A stretch of DNA of 64,000 nucleotides from Legionellales bacterium. Its GTDB lineage: Bacteria > Pseudomonadota > Gammaproteobacteria > JAHCLG01. Every line of letters begins with the position of its first letter. The stretch's first letter is position 1. Shown one piece after another: positions 9,616 through 20,085 of the stretch. A model generated the notes under the pieces. That model searched no databases and was not told the origin of the DNA. It was given only the letters and a program-made list of their open reading frames with translations. Made by a program: the position numbers and the translations under genes. The DNA lies in the NCBI GenBank assembly GCA_026125385.1, contig JAHCLG010000004.1, positions 29,782-93,781 of the forward strand, written 5' to 3'.

Positions 9616-10688
9616 TGAGTAATAAAATTACGAATTAATTTGCCAATCCCGTGTGTTTCCACTAAAAATGCATCATGCCCATAGCTGGATTCATATAAAT
9701 GAAATTGACAATTTACCCCGGCTTGTTGTAATAATTCATACAATTCTTGTTGTTGGAAGGGTTCAAATAAGGTATCGGAACTTACGCCAATCACTAAAGT
9801 TTTTGCCGTGATCAATTTTAATAATTCTGTAGGATTATTTGCATTGGCTGCAATATTAAAGTCATCCATGGCTTGAGTTAATAATAAATAACTGTTGACA
9901 TCGAATGAATCAGTAAATTTACGCGCATTATAATCTAAATACGTATGAATATTGCGTTGATTTTCTGGATTTTTTTCTAATTGTAAAAAGCGATGATTTA
10001 ATTCCTGGGTATTGCGATACGTTAAATGCGCTAATTTACGCGCTAATTGAAAACCTAATAATTCTTGAGTTTCTCCTTGCTGCCAGCGTGGATCTAAACG
10101 AATAATGTCACGTTGCATGGTGCGAAGTGCAATATTACTGGGATACGATCGATAACAGGAAGAAATGGAGATCAATTGATTCACCCGTTGCGGATAACGA
10201 GTTGCTAAATCTAGAGAAATCATTGCACCCATTGAAGGGCTGACCACAGCATGCAGCATTGCAATATTTAATTCATCTAATAAACGTATTTGAGATCGAG
10301 TGATATCGCTAATCGTAATATTAGGAAATGTATTACCATAGATTTGTGAGGTTTCAGGATTTTGCGTTAATGGGCCACTGCTGCCATAGCAACTGCCTAA
10401 ATTATTAATACAGATCACAAAAAATTGTTGAGTGTCGATGGGTAAATTCTCTCCGACCATATTTTCCCACCACCCGGGTTGTGGATTAAGAGCATGGGAT
10501 TTAACGTGGGAATGTGTCGATAACGCATGATGAATTAATATCACATTATTTTTTTGCGAATTTAATTTTCCATAGGTCTCAAAAGCCAAGGTTAAATTGG
10601 GTAGCACCTTGCCATTTTCCAAGCGTAAGGGTTCTGGCGAGTGAAAAATATATTTGCCATCCGCGGTTTGTGTTATCCTATTCTGCAT
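9609..10688 (-). CDS. metX: homoserine O-acetyltransferase MetX
   Basis: alpha/beta-hydrolase with the MetX N-terminal pattern (LAFETYGKLN...NVILIHHALS) and nucleophile elbow SMGAM. Confidence 0.75.
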   Translation of the reverse strand: MQNRITQTADGKYIFHSPEPLRLENGKVLPNLTLAFETYGKLNSQKNNVILIHHALSTHSHVKSHALNPQPGWWENMVGENLPIDTQQFFVICINNLGSCYGSSGPLTQNPETSQIYGNTFPNITISDITRSQIRLLDELNIAMLHAVVSPSMGAMISLDLATRYPQRVNQLISISSCYRSYPSNIALRTMQRDIIRLDPRWQQGETQELLGFQLARKLAHLTYRNTQELNHRFLQLEKNPENQRNIHTYLDYNARKFTDSFDVNSYLLLTQAMDDFNIAANANNPTELLKLITAKTLVIGVSSDTLFEPFQQQELYELLQQAGVNCQFHLYESSYGHDAFLVETHGIGKLIRNFITQP

Positions 10689-10720
10689 TTAATACTACCT
10701 GTATTGCTGGGAGTGAGGAA

Positions 10721-11362
10721 ATGGTGTCTCACCAAAGTTTTATTGATCGAATCATTTTGCGTGTCGATTCTGCATTGCGCACTTTAACGGCTAATTATCC
10801 AGCGAGTCAACGTTCTTGTCCTGATCAGGCGATTGCCGAAAAAGAGTTAACAGACAGCGAGCGCAAACTCAGCAAGGCCTTGATGCGGGTGAATCATGCG
10901 GGCGAAGTCAGTGCGCAAGCGTTGTATCAAGGTCAAGCACTCACCGCACGCGATCCGGAAATTCAACAAGCGTTAATGCAGTCGGCTCAAGAAGAGAACG
11001 AGCACCTTCATTGGTGTGAAAATCGTTTGCAAGCATTAAATGGGCGCACTAGCTATTTAAATCCGCTGTGGTATTTAGGGTCGTTTGGTCTGGGTATGGT
11101 GGCAGGTCTCGCTGGCGATAAATGGAGTTTGGGTTTTTTAGCGGAAACCGAAAAGCAAGTGGTCGAGCATTTAGAACATCATCTCGAAACAATCGCCAGT
11201 GCCGATGAAAAATCGCGGGCGATTTTACAACAAATGCAAGAAGACGAAGCCCACCACGCCAGTGTGGCGTTAACGTATGGTGCAGAAGAATTACCCTTAA
11301 TCATTAAAGATGTGATGAGAGTGATGTCGAAAATAATGACGACGACGGCGTATTGGATCTAA
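10721..11362 (+). CDS. coq7: demethoxyubiquinone hydroxylase Coq7 (di-iron)
   Basis: Collinear with Pseudomonas Coq7 (ID RFLLxADSALRTL, RVNHAGEVSAQALYQGQALTAR, EEEHLHWC, DEAHHA). The true start is the ATG at 10721 with a GAGG SD. The ORF-track N-terminal extension overlaps metX and is rejected. Confidence 0.85.
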   Translation: MVSHQSFIDRIILRVDSALRTLTANYPASQRSCPDQAIAEKELTDSERKLSKALMRVNHAGEVSAQALYQGQALTARDPEIQQALMQSAQEENEHLHWCENRLQALNGRTSYLNPLWYLGSFGLGMVAGLAGDKWSLGFLAETEKQVVEHLEHHLETIASADEKSRAILQQMQEDEAHHASVALTYGAEELPLIIKDVMRVMSKIMTTTAYWI

Positions 11363-11505
11363 GAGCCTGTTCAAAATTTCCAATCTTGGTCATAAACTGC
11401 CGATTTTCTGTGCTCCGGAGCTCATTTACTGACGTGTAAACTGCGCTCCGGTGCTCAAAAATCGGCAGTTTATGACCAAGATTGGAAATTTTGAACAGGC
11501 TCTAC
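11363..11505. repeat. about 145 bp near-perfect palindromic element (45 nt identical inverted arms GAGCCTGTTCAAAATTTCCAATCTTGGTCATAAACTGCCGATTTT), MITE-like; possible bidirectional terminator
   Basis: Arms read directly at 11363-11407 and 11461-11505. A solo copy of the arm terminus AAAATTTCCAATCTTGG is at 34231-34247. Confidence 0.75.
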
Positions 11506-11544
11506 GAACCGATTTAAACAGGCAGGTAGAACGATACCAGTGCG

Positions 11545-11940
11545 CTATATTATGTTAGGAATATGGATCAATTGCACGACGTTGCCATCGGGATCGTAGC
11601 AATAAAAACTGGTGGTACCATCGCGATGTTGGCGAGGCTTAGCTTTTATTTTAACGTGATGATGACTTAAAAATTGATACCACGCTTCGACATCTTCCGC
11701 TTTTTTTAATACAAACCCAATATGATCTAAACGTTGTTCGGGGGCAAATAATTTATTACCCAAATAGCGATGTAGCGCTACATTATCGTAACCTGAGCTC
11801 AAATAGACATTATCATCATCGGGCTCCCAATCAATCTCTAATCCTAATAATCGATGATAAAAATCGCGACAGGCATCTAAATCCTCAACAAATAAAGCCA
11901 CATGACGCATGCCTAAATGACTGGGTGGACGAGTCGACAT
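11545..11940 (-). CDS. VOC-family (glyoxalase/bleomycin-resistance fold) protein
   Basis: HVALFVEDLDACRDFY...HIGFVL...YCYDPDGN pattern. Likely start at M15 (ATG 11938-11940). Confidence 0.65.
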   Translation of the reverse strand: MSTRPPSHLGMRHVALFVEDLDACRDFYHRLLGLEIDWEPDDDNVYLSSGYDNVALHRYLGNKLFAPEQRLDHIGFVLKKAEDVEAWYQFLSHHHVKIKAKPRQHRDGTTSFYCYDPDGNVVQLIHIPNII

Positions 11941-12107
11941 GGTAGAATTTTCCGTGAATAAAATTGCTTGAAAGTCTAGCACTTGTTATGATTTCTCTCA
12001 ATCGCTGAACGCTATTCAAGACAAGAATATTAGTTCGGCAATTAAGCCTAACGCTTAAGCGTGAAGAATTTATTTTTCATTTTCAATACGACAATTTCGA
12101 GGATGTT

Positions 12108-12776
12108 ATGATGGATCAAAATCAATTAAAACGCGCAGCAGCGCAAGCGGCATTAGCTTATTTACCGCGCGAAGGTGTGTTGGGTGTGGGAACAGGCACC
12201 ACCACGAATTATCTAATTGATTTATTAGCTCAACATAAGGGCACCATTGAAGCGGCGGTGGCCAGTTCCGAACAAACCGCGCAGCGATTAAAAGCCAGTG
12301 GAATTTCCGTGATTGAATTAGCGCATGCGCATGAAATTAGCGTTTATATCGATGGTGCGGATGAAGTAAACGAAGCGGGATTGTGTCTTAAAGGTGGCGG
12401 TGGTGCACTCACGCGCGAAAAAATTGTAGCAAGTTGCGCAAAACAATTTATTTGTATTGTCGATGACACGAAATTAGTGGATGTATTAGGAAAAAAACAT
12501 CCTGTCTCGATTGAAGTTCTACCCTTAGCGCGTTCTTTTGTTGCGCGCGAAATAGTGAAACTCGGTGGCGAACCGGAATATCGCGAAGGGTTTAAAACCG
12601 ATAATGGCAATATTATTCTAGATATTTATAATTTAAATTTAACCGATCCCTATACGTTAGAAGCAACCTTAAATCATATTCCTGGTGTGGTAGAGAATGG
12701 CATTTTCGTCAAACGGCGGGCGGATATAATTTTAGTAGCGGGTATGCAGGGGGTTAGGGAAATTAAGGTACGATAG
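12108..12776 (+). CDS. rpiA: ribose-5-phosphate isomerase A
   Basis: LKRAAAQAALAYL...VLGVGTGTT...DGADEV...KGGGGALTREKIV are classic RpiA motifs. Confidence 0.9.
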   Translation: MMDQNQLKRAAAQAALAYLPREGVLGVGTGTTTNYLIDLLAQHKGTIEAAVASSEQTAQRLKASGISVIELAHAHEISVYIDGADEVNEAGLCLKGGGGALTREKIVASCAKQFICIVDDTKLVDVLGKKHPVSIEVLPLARSFVAREIVKLGGEPEYREGFKTDNGNIILDIYNLNLTDPYTLEATLNHIPGVVENGIFVKRRADIILVAGMQGVREIKVR

Positions 12777-12803
12777 ATGGTTTGCTCTGAAGAAATCTAA
12801 TTT

Positions 12804-13751
12804 TTATGATTTCAAAACTGCACGGGGAGAAAGTAATTCTTCTCGTTCTTGCATCAATTTTAAAACCTCTTTTGTGCATTGTTCCGTTCTGCTGGGTGCT
12901 TTTTTACCGAAGAGGAAAGCAATAGGAGCGCTTGGTTTAGAAAATGCGTTAGGATAATAGCTTTGAGTAGTTAAAGTCGTGGCCTTAGTAGCATATTCAT
13001 TAGATTTTGTTAAGTTTTCTAAAAATGTGATTTTATTATTTTTAATTGTTATTTGATAATTATAAAATGGAATAAGGAAGTGTTTTTTTAGCCAAGAAAA
13101 GGGGTTGTAGAAATTTTCTGATAGCACTTTGCAATCTCTTATTTTTGTTTTGTATTCCTCAATTTCACTCTTTAATATTCTAATATGTTCTTGAGCCTTC
13201 TCCATAGCACTCAATTGCAACTGTTCATGCTGAGTTAAGCGTTTCGATAAATTATCATTTAATTTCTCTTGGCATAACCGATAATGTGGCTCAAAAGGAT
13301 CTGACCTATTGGTAGTTGTGGGCGCAGTTTCGCTCCGCGTTATTTTAAATTGAAAACTTTGATAAGGTCTTTCTATTAATTGATCACTAATATTAGTTTC
13401 CAGCTCACCGCGTAAATAAAATTGGTGTTTAACATTGTTAAGTTGATGAGTGTGCTTGCCATCTTGATCTAAAATTTTTTCAGCAAAAATCCTTTCTGAT
13501 AAAGTAATTCCATTGAACATATAATGAATATTAATCTCTTTATCAGGCATATTATTTTCAACGCTAATCCGAAAATCGGATGAATATTCGATTGACACTA
13601 GGTAAGTTTGGATTGTTGCAAGTAAGAATTTACCAGTGAGATAATAGTCATCTATAAAGGGATAACCGCTAAGCTGAATTCGTGAAAAATTTTCGTTGCT
13701 ATGTTTTGAATATTCACAACAAATTTCAGTTCCAGGATCTGAAAACGCCAT
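12804..13751 (-). CDS. hypothetical protein (315 aa, central coiled coil, acidic C-terminal stretch QEREELL); no recognisable domain
   Basis: Long ORF in an AT-rich islet, codon usage consistent with its neighbours. No motif I can name. Confidence 0.5.
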   Translation of the reverse strand: MAFSDPGTEICCEYSKHSNENFSRIQLSGYPFIDDYYLTGKFLLATIQTYLVSIEYSSDFRISVENNMPDKEINIHYMFNGITLSERIFAEKILDQDGKHTHQLNNVKHQFYLRGELETNISDQLIERPYQSFQFKITRSETAPTTTNRSDPFEPHYRLCQEKLNDNLSKRLTQHEQLQLSAMEKAQEHIRILKSEIEEYKTKIRDCKVLSENFYNPFSWLKKHFLIPFYNYQITIKNNKITFLENLTKSNEYATKATTLTTQSYYPNAFSKPSAPIAFLFGKKAPSRTEQCTKEVLKLMQEREELLSPRAVLKS

Positions 13752-13944
13752 TATATCACCTCTATACTTTTGTTATTCTGACCATTCATTATTCTTTACC
13801 TTTTTGGTAATTCTCTTATGTCATCTGTTAATTAGATTGTAACCGAACTGTTACAGCAAAGATAACTGGAAATCTGCGCTTGATCATATCAGCTTTTTCT
13901 TACAGTGGCATGTTTTTTGGTTAAGGTTGATACAGTTTTTCAGC

Positions 13945-14400
13945 TTAGATGGAAATAGAGGGCGTAGCGGGGGATAAGAGCTGAGTAAAGTGATTCATTA
14001 CTCGAGATCTCAACTCAGTACCACGAATTCTATTAATAATATTGACCAATATGGGAAGATTTTCAACTTTTGAAAAATCAATATCGGAAATCACTGACAA
14101 ATCCATTTTTGAGGTTTGCATGATTTCTCTGCGAAAGTCGTTTAACGATTGATTAATGGCATCGGCACGATGAGGCTGCTGGATATATAACTGTGGTAAT
14201 AGCGATTGAAATTGTTTGGCTGCGTGGATTGGCAGCACGTTAATTGAAAAGAGTTCATTGTTTATAAATTCTAGGAAGGGATTTAAGTCGACTAAGGAGG
14301 TTTTTTTCTCTTCATGAACAGGACGACGACTTTCTTTGCGGTTAAAAAAGCCAAATAAGTTAATTTTAGATTGCGTTTTAATTTCAGTTTCAATCGACAT
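13945..14400 (-). CDS. hypothetical protein (151 aa)
   Basis: ORF in the same AT-rich islet. No recognisable domain. Confidence 0.4.
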   Translation of the reverse strand: MSIETEIKTQSKINLFGFFNRKESRRPVHEEKKTSLVDLNPFLEFINNELFSINVLPIHAAKQFQSLLPQLYIQQPHRADAINQSLNDFRREIMQTSKMDLSVISDIDFSKVENLPILVNIINRIRGTELRSRVMNHFTQLLSPATPSISI

Positions 14401-14637
14401 AATGGTATTACTTTATTCTCAACAAGTTATAATTAGCGCTAATTCCTTTAGCCCATACTGTTTATTTTACTATAAAAACCTTAAGGTTATATTAAAAATT
14501 GGCAGAATTTTTATGGATCATCCTTAAGTTCTCGTGATGTTCTCCTTTAATGAGATCATATTACCTGATCGGGAAGAAGAGTCAAGGCCAAATAAATGGT
14601 TGCATTTATTATAACTAGTCATAATAGGAAAGATGTC

Positions 14638-14772
14638 ATGACTACCCAAGCAAAGGCGATTCGAGAAGATATACTCCATGCCGTTAATAAACACCCTCAT
14701 GATTTAGTAACCAATACTATGCAAAAGTTTAACGTGACACGTACCACGGTATTGCGTTACATCCATCATTAG
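14638..14772 (+). pseudogene. possible remnant of an HTH regulator (44 aa: ...HDLVTNTMQKFNVTRTTVLRYI); the same frame continues after two stop codons
   Basis: Short ORF with a helix-turn-helix-like pattern 245 bp upstream of ATPase-1. Two in-frame stops (tag taa) are followed by about 37 more sense codons. Weak. Confidence 0.2.
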
Positions 14773-15016
14773 TAAAAGCAGATATTCCGTATTTATCAGC
14801 GCGAAAATCCTCAACTGACGATTACCCATATTAATGCTAATAGCGATATTGTATTCATGATTAAACGCACACTAGCCACTTATTTTTAATATTATATATA
14901 AAAATCAATGAATTATATAAAGCAAGCTCATCCGTCGCACCGTAATGTTGGTTACCGTGCTTGCGCACCTAAAAGTGTGGTGTATAATCATGGTAACGAA
15001 ATCAATGGTGTAACCA

Positions 15017-16138
15017 ATGAATACAAACTATTTCACAACGAAAGTCGCTACTAAGTTAACTTTTTGTAATCGCCAGAACGAAACTAAAGTTCTAGCCAGT
15101 AATATTCATAAAAATCAGCATACCGTAGTGGTGGCGCCGCGCCGCTATGGAAAAACTAGTCTCGTGGAACAGACATTGTTGCAAATGGGACTGTTATATA
15201 CCAGGGTTGATTTATTTTGTGTGGTGTATGAAGAAGATATTTGTCGGAAAATAGCTAAGAGTTTGTCGAAAGTGATCCGCGAAATGGTTACCTTTTCCGA
15301 GCAAGCAGTTCGTTTAGTAGAACAATGTTTTAAATCTGCCTCAATTGGAATTAAAGCGGGAGCAATAGAAATTAAAGTAGAATTTGGAAAAACCAATAAT
15401 GCTATTAGCCAGTTAGAAGATTTATTAGAAGGAATAGAGCATCTGGCACAAAAAAAAAATAGAGCGGTGGTGATATTTTTTGATGAATTTCAAGATGTAT
15501 TAAAAGCAGATGATACAAACAAAATACAAGCCACTATCCGAGCTGTAGCACAACATTCTAAATACGTGACTTATGTTTTTTCAGGCAGTTCGAGAATGAT
15601 GTTGAATAAAATTTTCGATGATAAAAAACAACCATTGTATATGCTTTGCAATAAAATTATCTTGGAAAGAATTAGTTCTGAACATTTTCATCAACATATT
15701 AAAAATGCGGCACAAAAAAAATGGCATATTGAGTTAAAAGATGAAATCATAGATGAAATTTTAATGATCACAGAGTGTCATCCTTATTATGTCAATTTTT
15801 TATGCGATAAATTATGGGATTTCGACATGGCTCCGTCATTGGCACAAATAACCCAATGTTGGGATCAGGCCTTGCTTGAAAATAAAGGAAAAATTATTGC
15901 CGATCTCGAACATCTTAATACTAATAGGACAAAGGTTCTTACTGTGATTGCATTACTGGGTATAGTTAGCGAACCGAATAGCAAAATTTTCTTAGATCAA
16001 GTGAAATTACCACTCTCCAGCACGCAAAATGCTGTGCAATATTTATTAAATCATGATTATCTCTACGAAACCAAGGACGGGCTAAAATTAATAGATCCTT
16101 TGATGAGAAAATTTATTGCAGATAGATATCTCAATTAG
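15017..16138 (+). CDS. orphan Orc1/Cdc6-type ('archaeal ATPase' PF01637-like) AAA+ ATPase, paralog 1
   Basis: Walker A APRRYGKTSL and Walker B VVIFFDEFQ. No C-terminal DUF234. Confidence 0.7.
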   Translation: MNTNYFTTKVATKLTFCNRQNETKVLASNIHKNQHTVVVAPRRYGKTSLVEQTLLQMGLLYTRVDLFCVVYEEDICRKIAKSLSKVIREMVTFSEQAVRLVEQCFKSASIGIKAGAIEIKVEFGKTNNAISQLEDLLEGIEHLAQKKNRAVVIFFDEFQDVLKADDTNKIQATIRAVAQHSKYVTYVFSGSSRMMLNKIFDDKKQPLYMLCNKIILERISSEHFHQHIKNAAQKKWHIELKDEIIDEILMITECHPYYVNFLCDKLWDFDMAPSLAQITQCWDQALLENKGKIIADLEHLNTNRTKVLTVIALLGIVSEPNSKIFLDQVKLPLSSTQNAVQYLLNHDYLYETKDGLKLIDPLMRKFIADRYLN

Positions 16139-16216
16139 TTTTAAACTTAGCAACAAAGCCTAAAATTCAAGTGTGAAGAGTATAGGTTGAAAATCCAGTC
16201 GTATTGAGTCTAGAGT

Positions 16217-19200
16217 TCATAATAATATGCGTTCAATCCCACCCCGATTCACCTTGGCAATGAAATTCTCTTGCCAATGTTCACCCAATAACTGCGCGAT
16301 TAATTCCACAATAATGTAATCTGTGGTGATCCCGGTGCTGGATTGATAATTGCTTAAGCCTTTTACGCAAGCAGGGCAGGTGGTTAAAAGTTTAATATTA
16401 TTATTCACCACTTTATTTTCCCCGGATAATTCACGTATGCCTTTGCTAATTTCCTGCTCTTTACGAAAACGCAATTGATGAGCAATATCAGGGCGAGACA
16501 TGGCTAAGGTTCCGGCATCTCCACAACAACGCTTAGAGGGTAAAATAGGTTGTTGCATTAAGGTTTCAGCAATTTTTAAGGGTTCATAATGTTTAATTGG
16601 TGAATGACACGGGTCATGATATAAATATTGAGTTGATGCAGAAGGTTTAATTTTTACATTTTTTTCAAATAAATATTCATGAATATCCATAATTCGACAA
16701 CCCGGAAAAATTTTATCGAATTGATAATCTTGTAATTGATCGTGACAGGTTCCGCATGAAACAATCACGGTTTTAATATCTAAATAATTGAGGGTATTAG
16801 CAACGCGATGAAATAATACTCGATTACGTGTGCTAATTTCCGTACCTTTTTGCGCATCACCTTCAGCTTTTTGCGGATAGCCACAACACAAATAACCCGG
16901 TGGTAACACCGTAATGATACCTAAATCAAAAAGCATAGCCAAAGTAGCCAAAGCCACTTGACTGAATAAACGCTCAGAACCACATCCAGGAAAATAAAAT
17001 ACCGCTTCGTTTTCTGCAGTTATTTGACTAGGATCGCGTAATAAGGGAATAAATTCTTCATTTTCAATGGTTAATAATTGGCGAATGGGTTTTAATTGCA
17101 TGGAATTCACTAAGGGCTTGCGCATAAAGTGAATAACTTGTTCACGCACAGGCGTTTTTCCAGTGGTAGCTTTTGGTAATGGCTGCTCGTGTAAAAATGG
17201 TTTAATAAATTGATGAATTAAACGTTGCACACGACTGCCCCAATTTAAAAATAATTGCCGCTGCAATTTAATATTCATAGGATTTTGAGCATTTAAATAC
17301 ATCATCGCTAAACGCGTGCCAAGCTTTGGGCGGCGTTGTTGGCGTTGGCGTAAAATTTGGCGCATGCGAATAGAAACATCGCCAAAATCAATATTTACCG
17401 GACAAGGTGCTAAACAATGGTGACAGGTCGTACAATGATCTGCAATATCATTTAAGGCGTCGAAATGTTGTAACGAAATGCCGCGCCGCGTTTGTTCTTC
17501 ATACAAAAATGCTTCGATAATCGCACCTGTCGCTAAAATTTTATCGCGAGGTGAATAAAGTAAATTAGCGCGCGGAATATGGGTTTGACATTTAGGTTTA
17601 CATTTTCCACAACGCAAGCAATCTTTAATAGCTAGATTTAATTCGCCTAATTCGCTGGCTTTTAAAATTAAGGCTTCTTGTTCTAATAAGCTAAAAGAAG
17701 GAGTAAAGGCACGATCTAAAGCATAAACATCTAATAATTTATCGCGATTAAATAAGTGGGTTGGATCGATTTTATTCTTATATTCTGCAAAATGATAAAT
17801 TGCTTGATTACTGACAAAGGGTAACTTAGTAATTCCAATTCCATGCTCACCAGAGATCACCCCATCTAATTCAATCACCTTGCTCATAATGCGTTTTACA
17901 ATTTTTTCTGCGCTATTTAACATGTCATAATCATTCGAATGAACAGGAATATTGGTATGAACATTACCATCGCCTGCATGCATGTGAAGCGCAATAATAA
18001 TTCTGGATTTTCTTATTTGTTGGTGAATGGTATCGAGTTGATTACGTATCGTTAAATAGAGATCACCGGTAAAAATATATTTTAACGGCTTTTCGATGGC
18101 TTCGCGATAGGAGATACGAATGGCATGACGCTGTAATAATTCAAATAATGACTGGCTACCCGAAGTTTCGATGTCTTTAGGTAATAATTTTTTAATATTT
18201 TTTAAAGGACGAGTTAAGTGATCTAAATAGTGTTGCCATAGTTCTTGCGTTCGTGACAATACTTCTTGAGCCGCTGCAATTTTTTGCTGGAGAATATGTT
18301 GAGATTCTTCGTCCTGATTATTGACTAATTTTTTTAAATAATAAGTGACGGCATTAATAATATGCATTTTATTAATAATGGATTGCTCAATATTAATTTG
18401 CTCAATAAAATTACTGTATGCGGTTAAATGATTCAGTGGAATAACCACGTCTTCATTAATTTTAAAAGCATTAGTATGAGCAGCAATCGCCGCAGTTTTC
18501 GATCGATCAAGCCAAAAGCGCGCACGGGCTTGTGCGCTGATGGCAATAAAACCTTCACCATCGCGACGATTGGCAATTTTCACTACGTCAGAAGCCATTT
18601 TTGCTAGAGCATCTTCATCGTCACTGACTAAATCACCAATTAAAATCATTTTGGGTGATCCATTGCGTGAGGCTTTAGTTGAATAACGCACGGCCTTAAT
18701 GTAGCGCTGGTCTAAATGTTCTAATCCTGCCAATAATACAGTTTTTTGATGTTCTAAAAATTCTTTGATTTCAATAATTGAAGAGACAGCCTGACTTAAA
18801 TCATGGCCAAAAAATTCTAAACAAAAGGTACGAATAAAGGCAGGCTGTCGATGTAAAATAAACGTTGCTGAAGTAATAATGCCATCACAACCTTCTTTTT
18901 GAATACCAGGAATGCCAAATAAACATTTATCGGTAACATCTTTGCCCAAACCAGCTTTACGCAATTCTTTTCCAGGTATCGTTATAATTTCAGGTTCTGC
19001 TAAGAGTTTATGATGATGTCCATCACGACGAGTTAAGCGAAATTTCACGGTTTCTTGTAAATGAATTTTTCCAAAATTATGATTTACTCTTTCAACGATA
19101 AGCCAATTACCATCAGCCGTCACCATTTTCCAGCTTGCTAAATTATCAAGTGCCGTACCCCACAATACCGCTTTTTTGCCACCGGCATTCATTGCAATAT

Positions 19201-20017
19201 TACCGCCAATTGTACTAGCATCTTGTGACGTGGGATCAACGGCGAATACGCAGTGATGCTGGGATGCTAACTCAGAAACTCGCCTCGTGACGACTCCCGC
19301 CTCAGCTGTCACCGTTGCCATTGCAGTTTCACACCCTGGCAATATTTGTTGGTGAATGGCGGATAATTTTTCCAATTTTTCTAAATTAATTACTGCAGTA
19401 AAAGGGTGTAGTGGAATGACTCCGCCAGTATAACCCGTGCCACCCCCTCGAGGAATAATGATTAAATTTAATTCATGGCAGGTTTTGACTAATAAGGGAA
19501 TTTCATCCTCTCGATCGGGTTTTAACACCACAAAGGGATATTCGATGCGCCAATCGGACGCATCGGTGGCATGAGAAACTCGCGATAAACCATCAAAACA
19601 AATAGTATCGTGACGTAAAATTTTACTTAAACGTTTTTTGATAATCTTACGTAAATGTCGTTGTTGTTGAAAATGAGTGGCAAAGCGGGCAACAGCTTCT
19701 CGACATTGCTGGACTAATTCGAGCGTCAGTGTATTATTTTCAGCGCGTTGAATAATTTGATCTAGGCGATGATGTAAAGCATGATATAATGATTTCCAAC
19801 GTTTTGGATGTGTTAATAAATCATCCTGAATAAAGGGATTGCGCGTAATTACCCACATATCACCCAATACTTCAAACAACATCCGTGCCGAGCGTCCCGT
19901 TTTTTGTTCATTGCGTAGTTGATTAATGGTTTCCCAAGCATGACTATCGAGAAACCGCACGACAATTTCGCGATCGGTAAAGGAAGTATAATTGTAAGGT
20001 ATTTCGCGTAAACGCAT
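16217..20017 (-). CDS. DUF3683-type giant flavoprotein: FAD-linked (GlcD-like) oxidase fused to GlcF-like 4Fe-4S/CCG domains (YdiJ-like 2-hydroxyacid dehydrogenase)
   Basis: 1266 aa with N-terminal extension, FAD-binding [11 protein letters not shown], ferredoxin Cys clusters ([23 protein letters not shown]) and two CCG cysteine-rich domains. Confidence 0.8.
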   Translation of the reverse strand: MRLREIPYNYTSFTDREIVVRFLDSHAWETINQLRNEQKTGRSARMLFEVLGDMWVITRNPFIQDDLLTHPKRWKSLYHALHHRLDQIIQRAENNTLTLELVQQCREAVARFATHFQQQRHLRKIIKKRLSKILRHDTICFDGLSRVSHATDASDWRIEYPFVVLKPDREDEIPLLVKTCHELNLIIIPRGGGTGYTGGVIPLHPFTAVINLEKLEKLSAIHQQILPGCETAMATVTAEAGVVTRRVSELASQHHCVFAVDPTSQDASTIGGNIAMNAGGKKAVLWGTALDNLASWKMVTADGNWLIVERVNHNFGKIHLQETVKFRLTRRDGHHHKLLAEPEIITIPGKELRKAGLGKDVTDKCLFGIPGIQKEGCDGIITSATFILHRQPAFIRTFCLEFFGHDLSQAVSSIIEIKEFLEHQKTVLLAGLEHLDQRYIKAVRYSTKASRNGSPKMILIGDLVSDDEDALAKMASDVVKIANRRDGEGFIAISAQARARFWLDRSKTAAIAAHTNAFKINEDVVIPLNHLTAYSNFIEQINIEQSIINKMHIINAVTYYLKKLVNNQDEESQHILQQKIAAAQEVLSRTQELWQHYLDHLTRPLKNIKKLLPKDIETSGSQSLFELLQRHAIRISYREAIEKPLKYIFTGDLYLTIRNQLDTIHQQIRKSRIIIALHMHAGDGNVHTNIPVHSNDYDMLNSAEKIVKRIMSKVIELDGVISGEHGIGITKLPFVSNQAIYHFAEYKNKIDPTHLFNRDKLLDVYALDRAFTPSFSLLEQEALILKASELGELNLAIKDCLRCGKCKPKCQTHIPRANLLYSPRDKILATGAIIEAFLYEEQTRRGISLQHFDALNDIADHCTTCHHCLAPCPVNIDFGDVSIRMRQILRQRQQRRPKLGTRLAMMYLNAQNPMNIKLQRQLFLNWGSRVQRLIHQFIKPFLHEQPLPKATTGKTPVREQVIHFMRKPLVNSMQLKPIRQLLTIENEEFIPLLRDPSQITAENEAVFYFPGCGSERLFSQVALATLAMLFDLGIITVLPPGYLCCGYPQKAEGDAQKGTEISTRNRVLFHRVANTLNYLDIKTVIVSCGTCHDQLQDYQFDKIFPGCRIMDIHEYLFEKNVKIKPSASTQYLYHDPCHSPIKHYEPLKIAETLMQQPILPSKRCCGDAGTLAMSRPDIAHQLRFRKEQEISKGIRELSGENKVVNNNIKLLTTCPACVKGLSNYQSSTGITTDYIIVELIAQLLGEHWQENFIAKVNRGGIERILL

Positions 20018-20085
20018 GCTAATTCGCTAACAAAAATTGATAACAATTAACTTTACACAGTCTACACCGATATTACGAGTTTTTT

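Noticed and set aside
10514-10720. N-terminal 69-codon extension of the coq7 ORF
   Set aside because: It overlaps the metX coding region on the opposite strand. Alignment to Coq7 begins at the ATG at 10721, which has its own SD.
12344-12610. 88-aa minus-strand ORF within rpiA
   Set aside because: It is antisense to a high-confidence rpiA and its translation is Pro/Ser-rich and low-complexity.
14400-15017. Possible tRNA or sRNA in the long spacer upstream of ATPase-1
   Set aside because: I could not find a cloverleaf-compatible segment (no GTTCRANYC T-loop box) on reading. Only an HTH-like ORF remnant is present.
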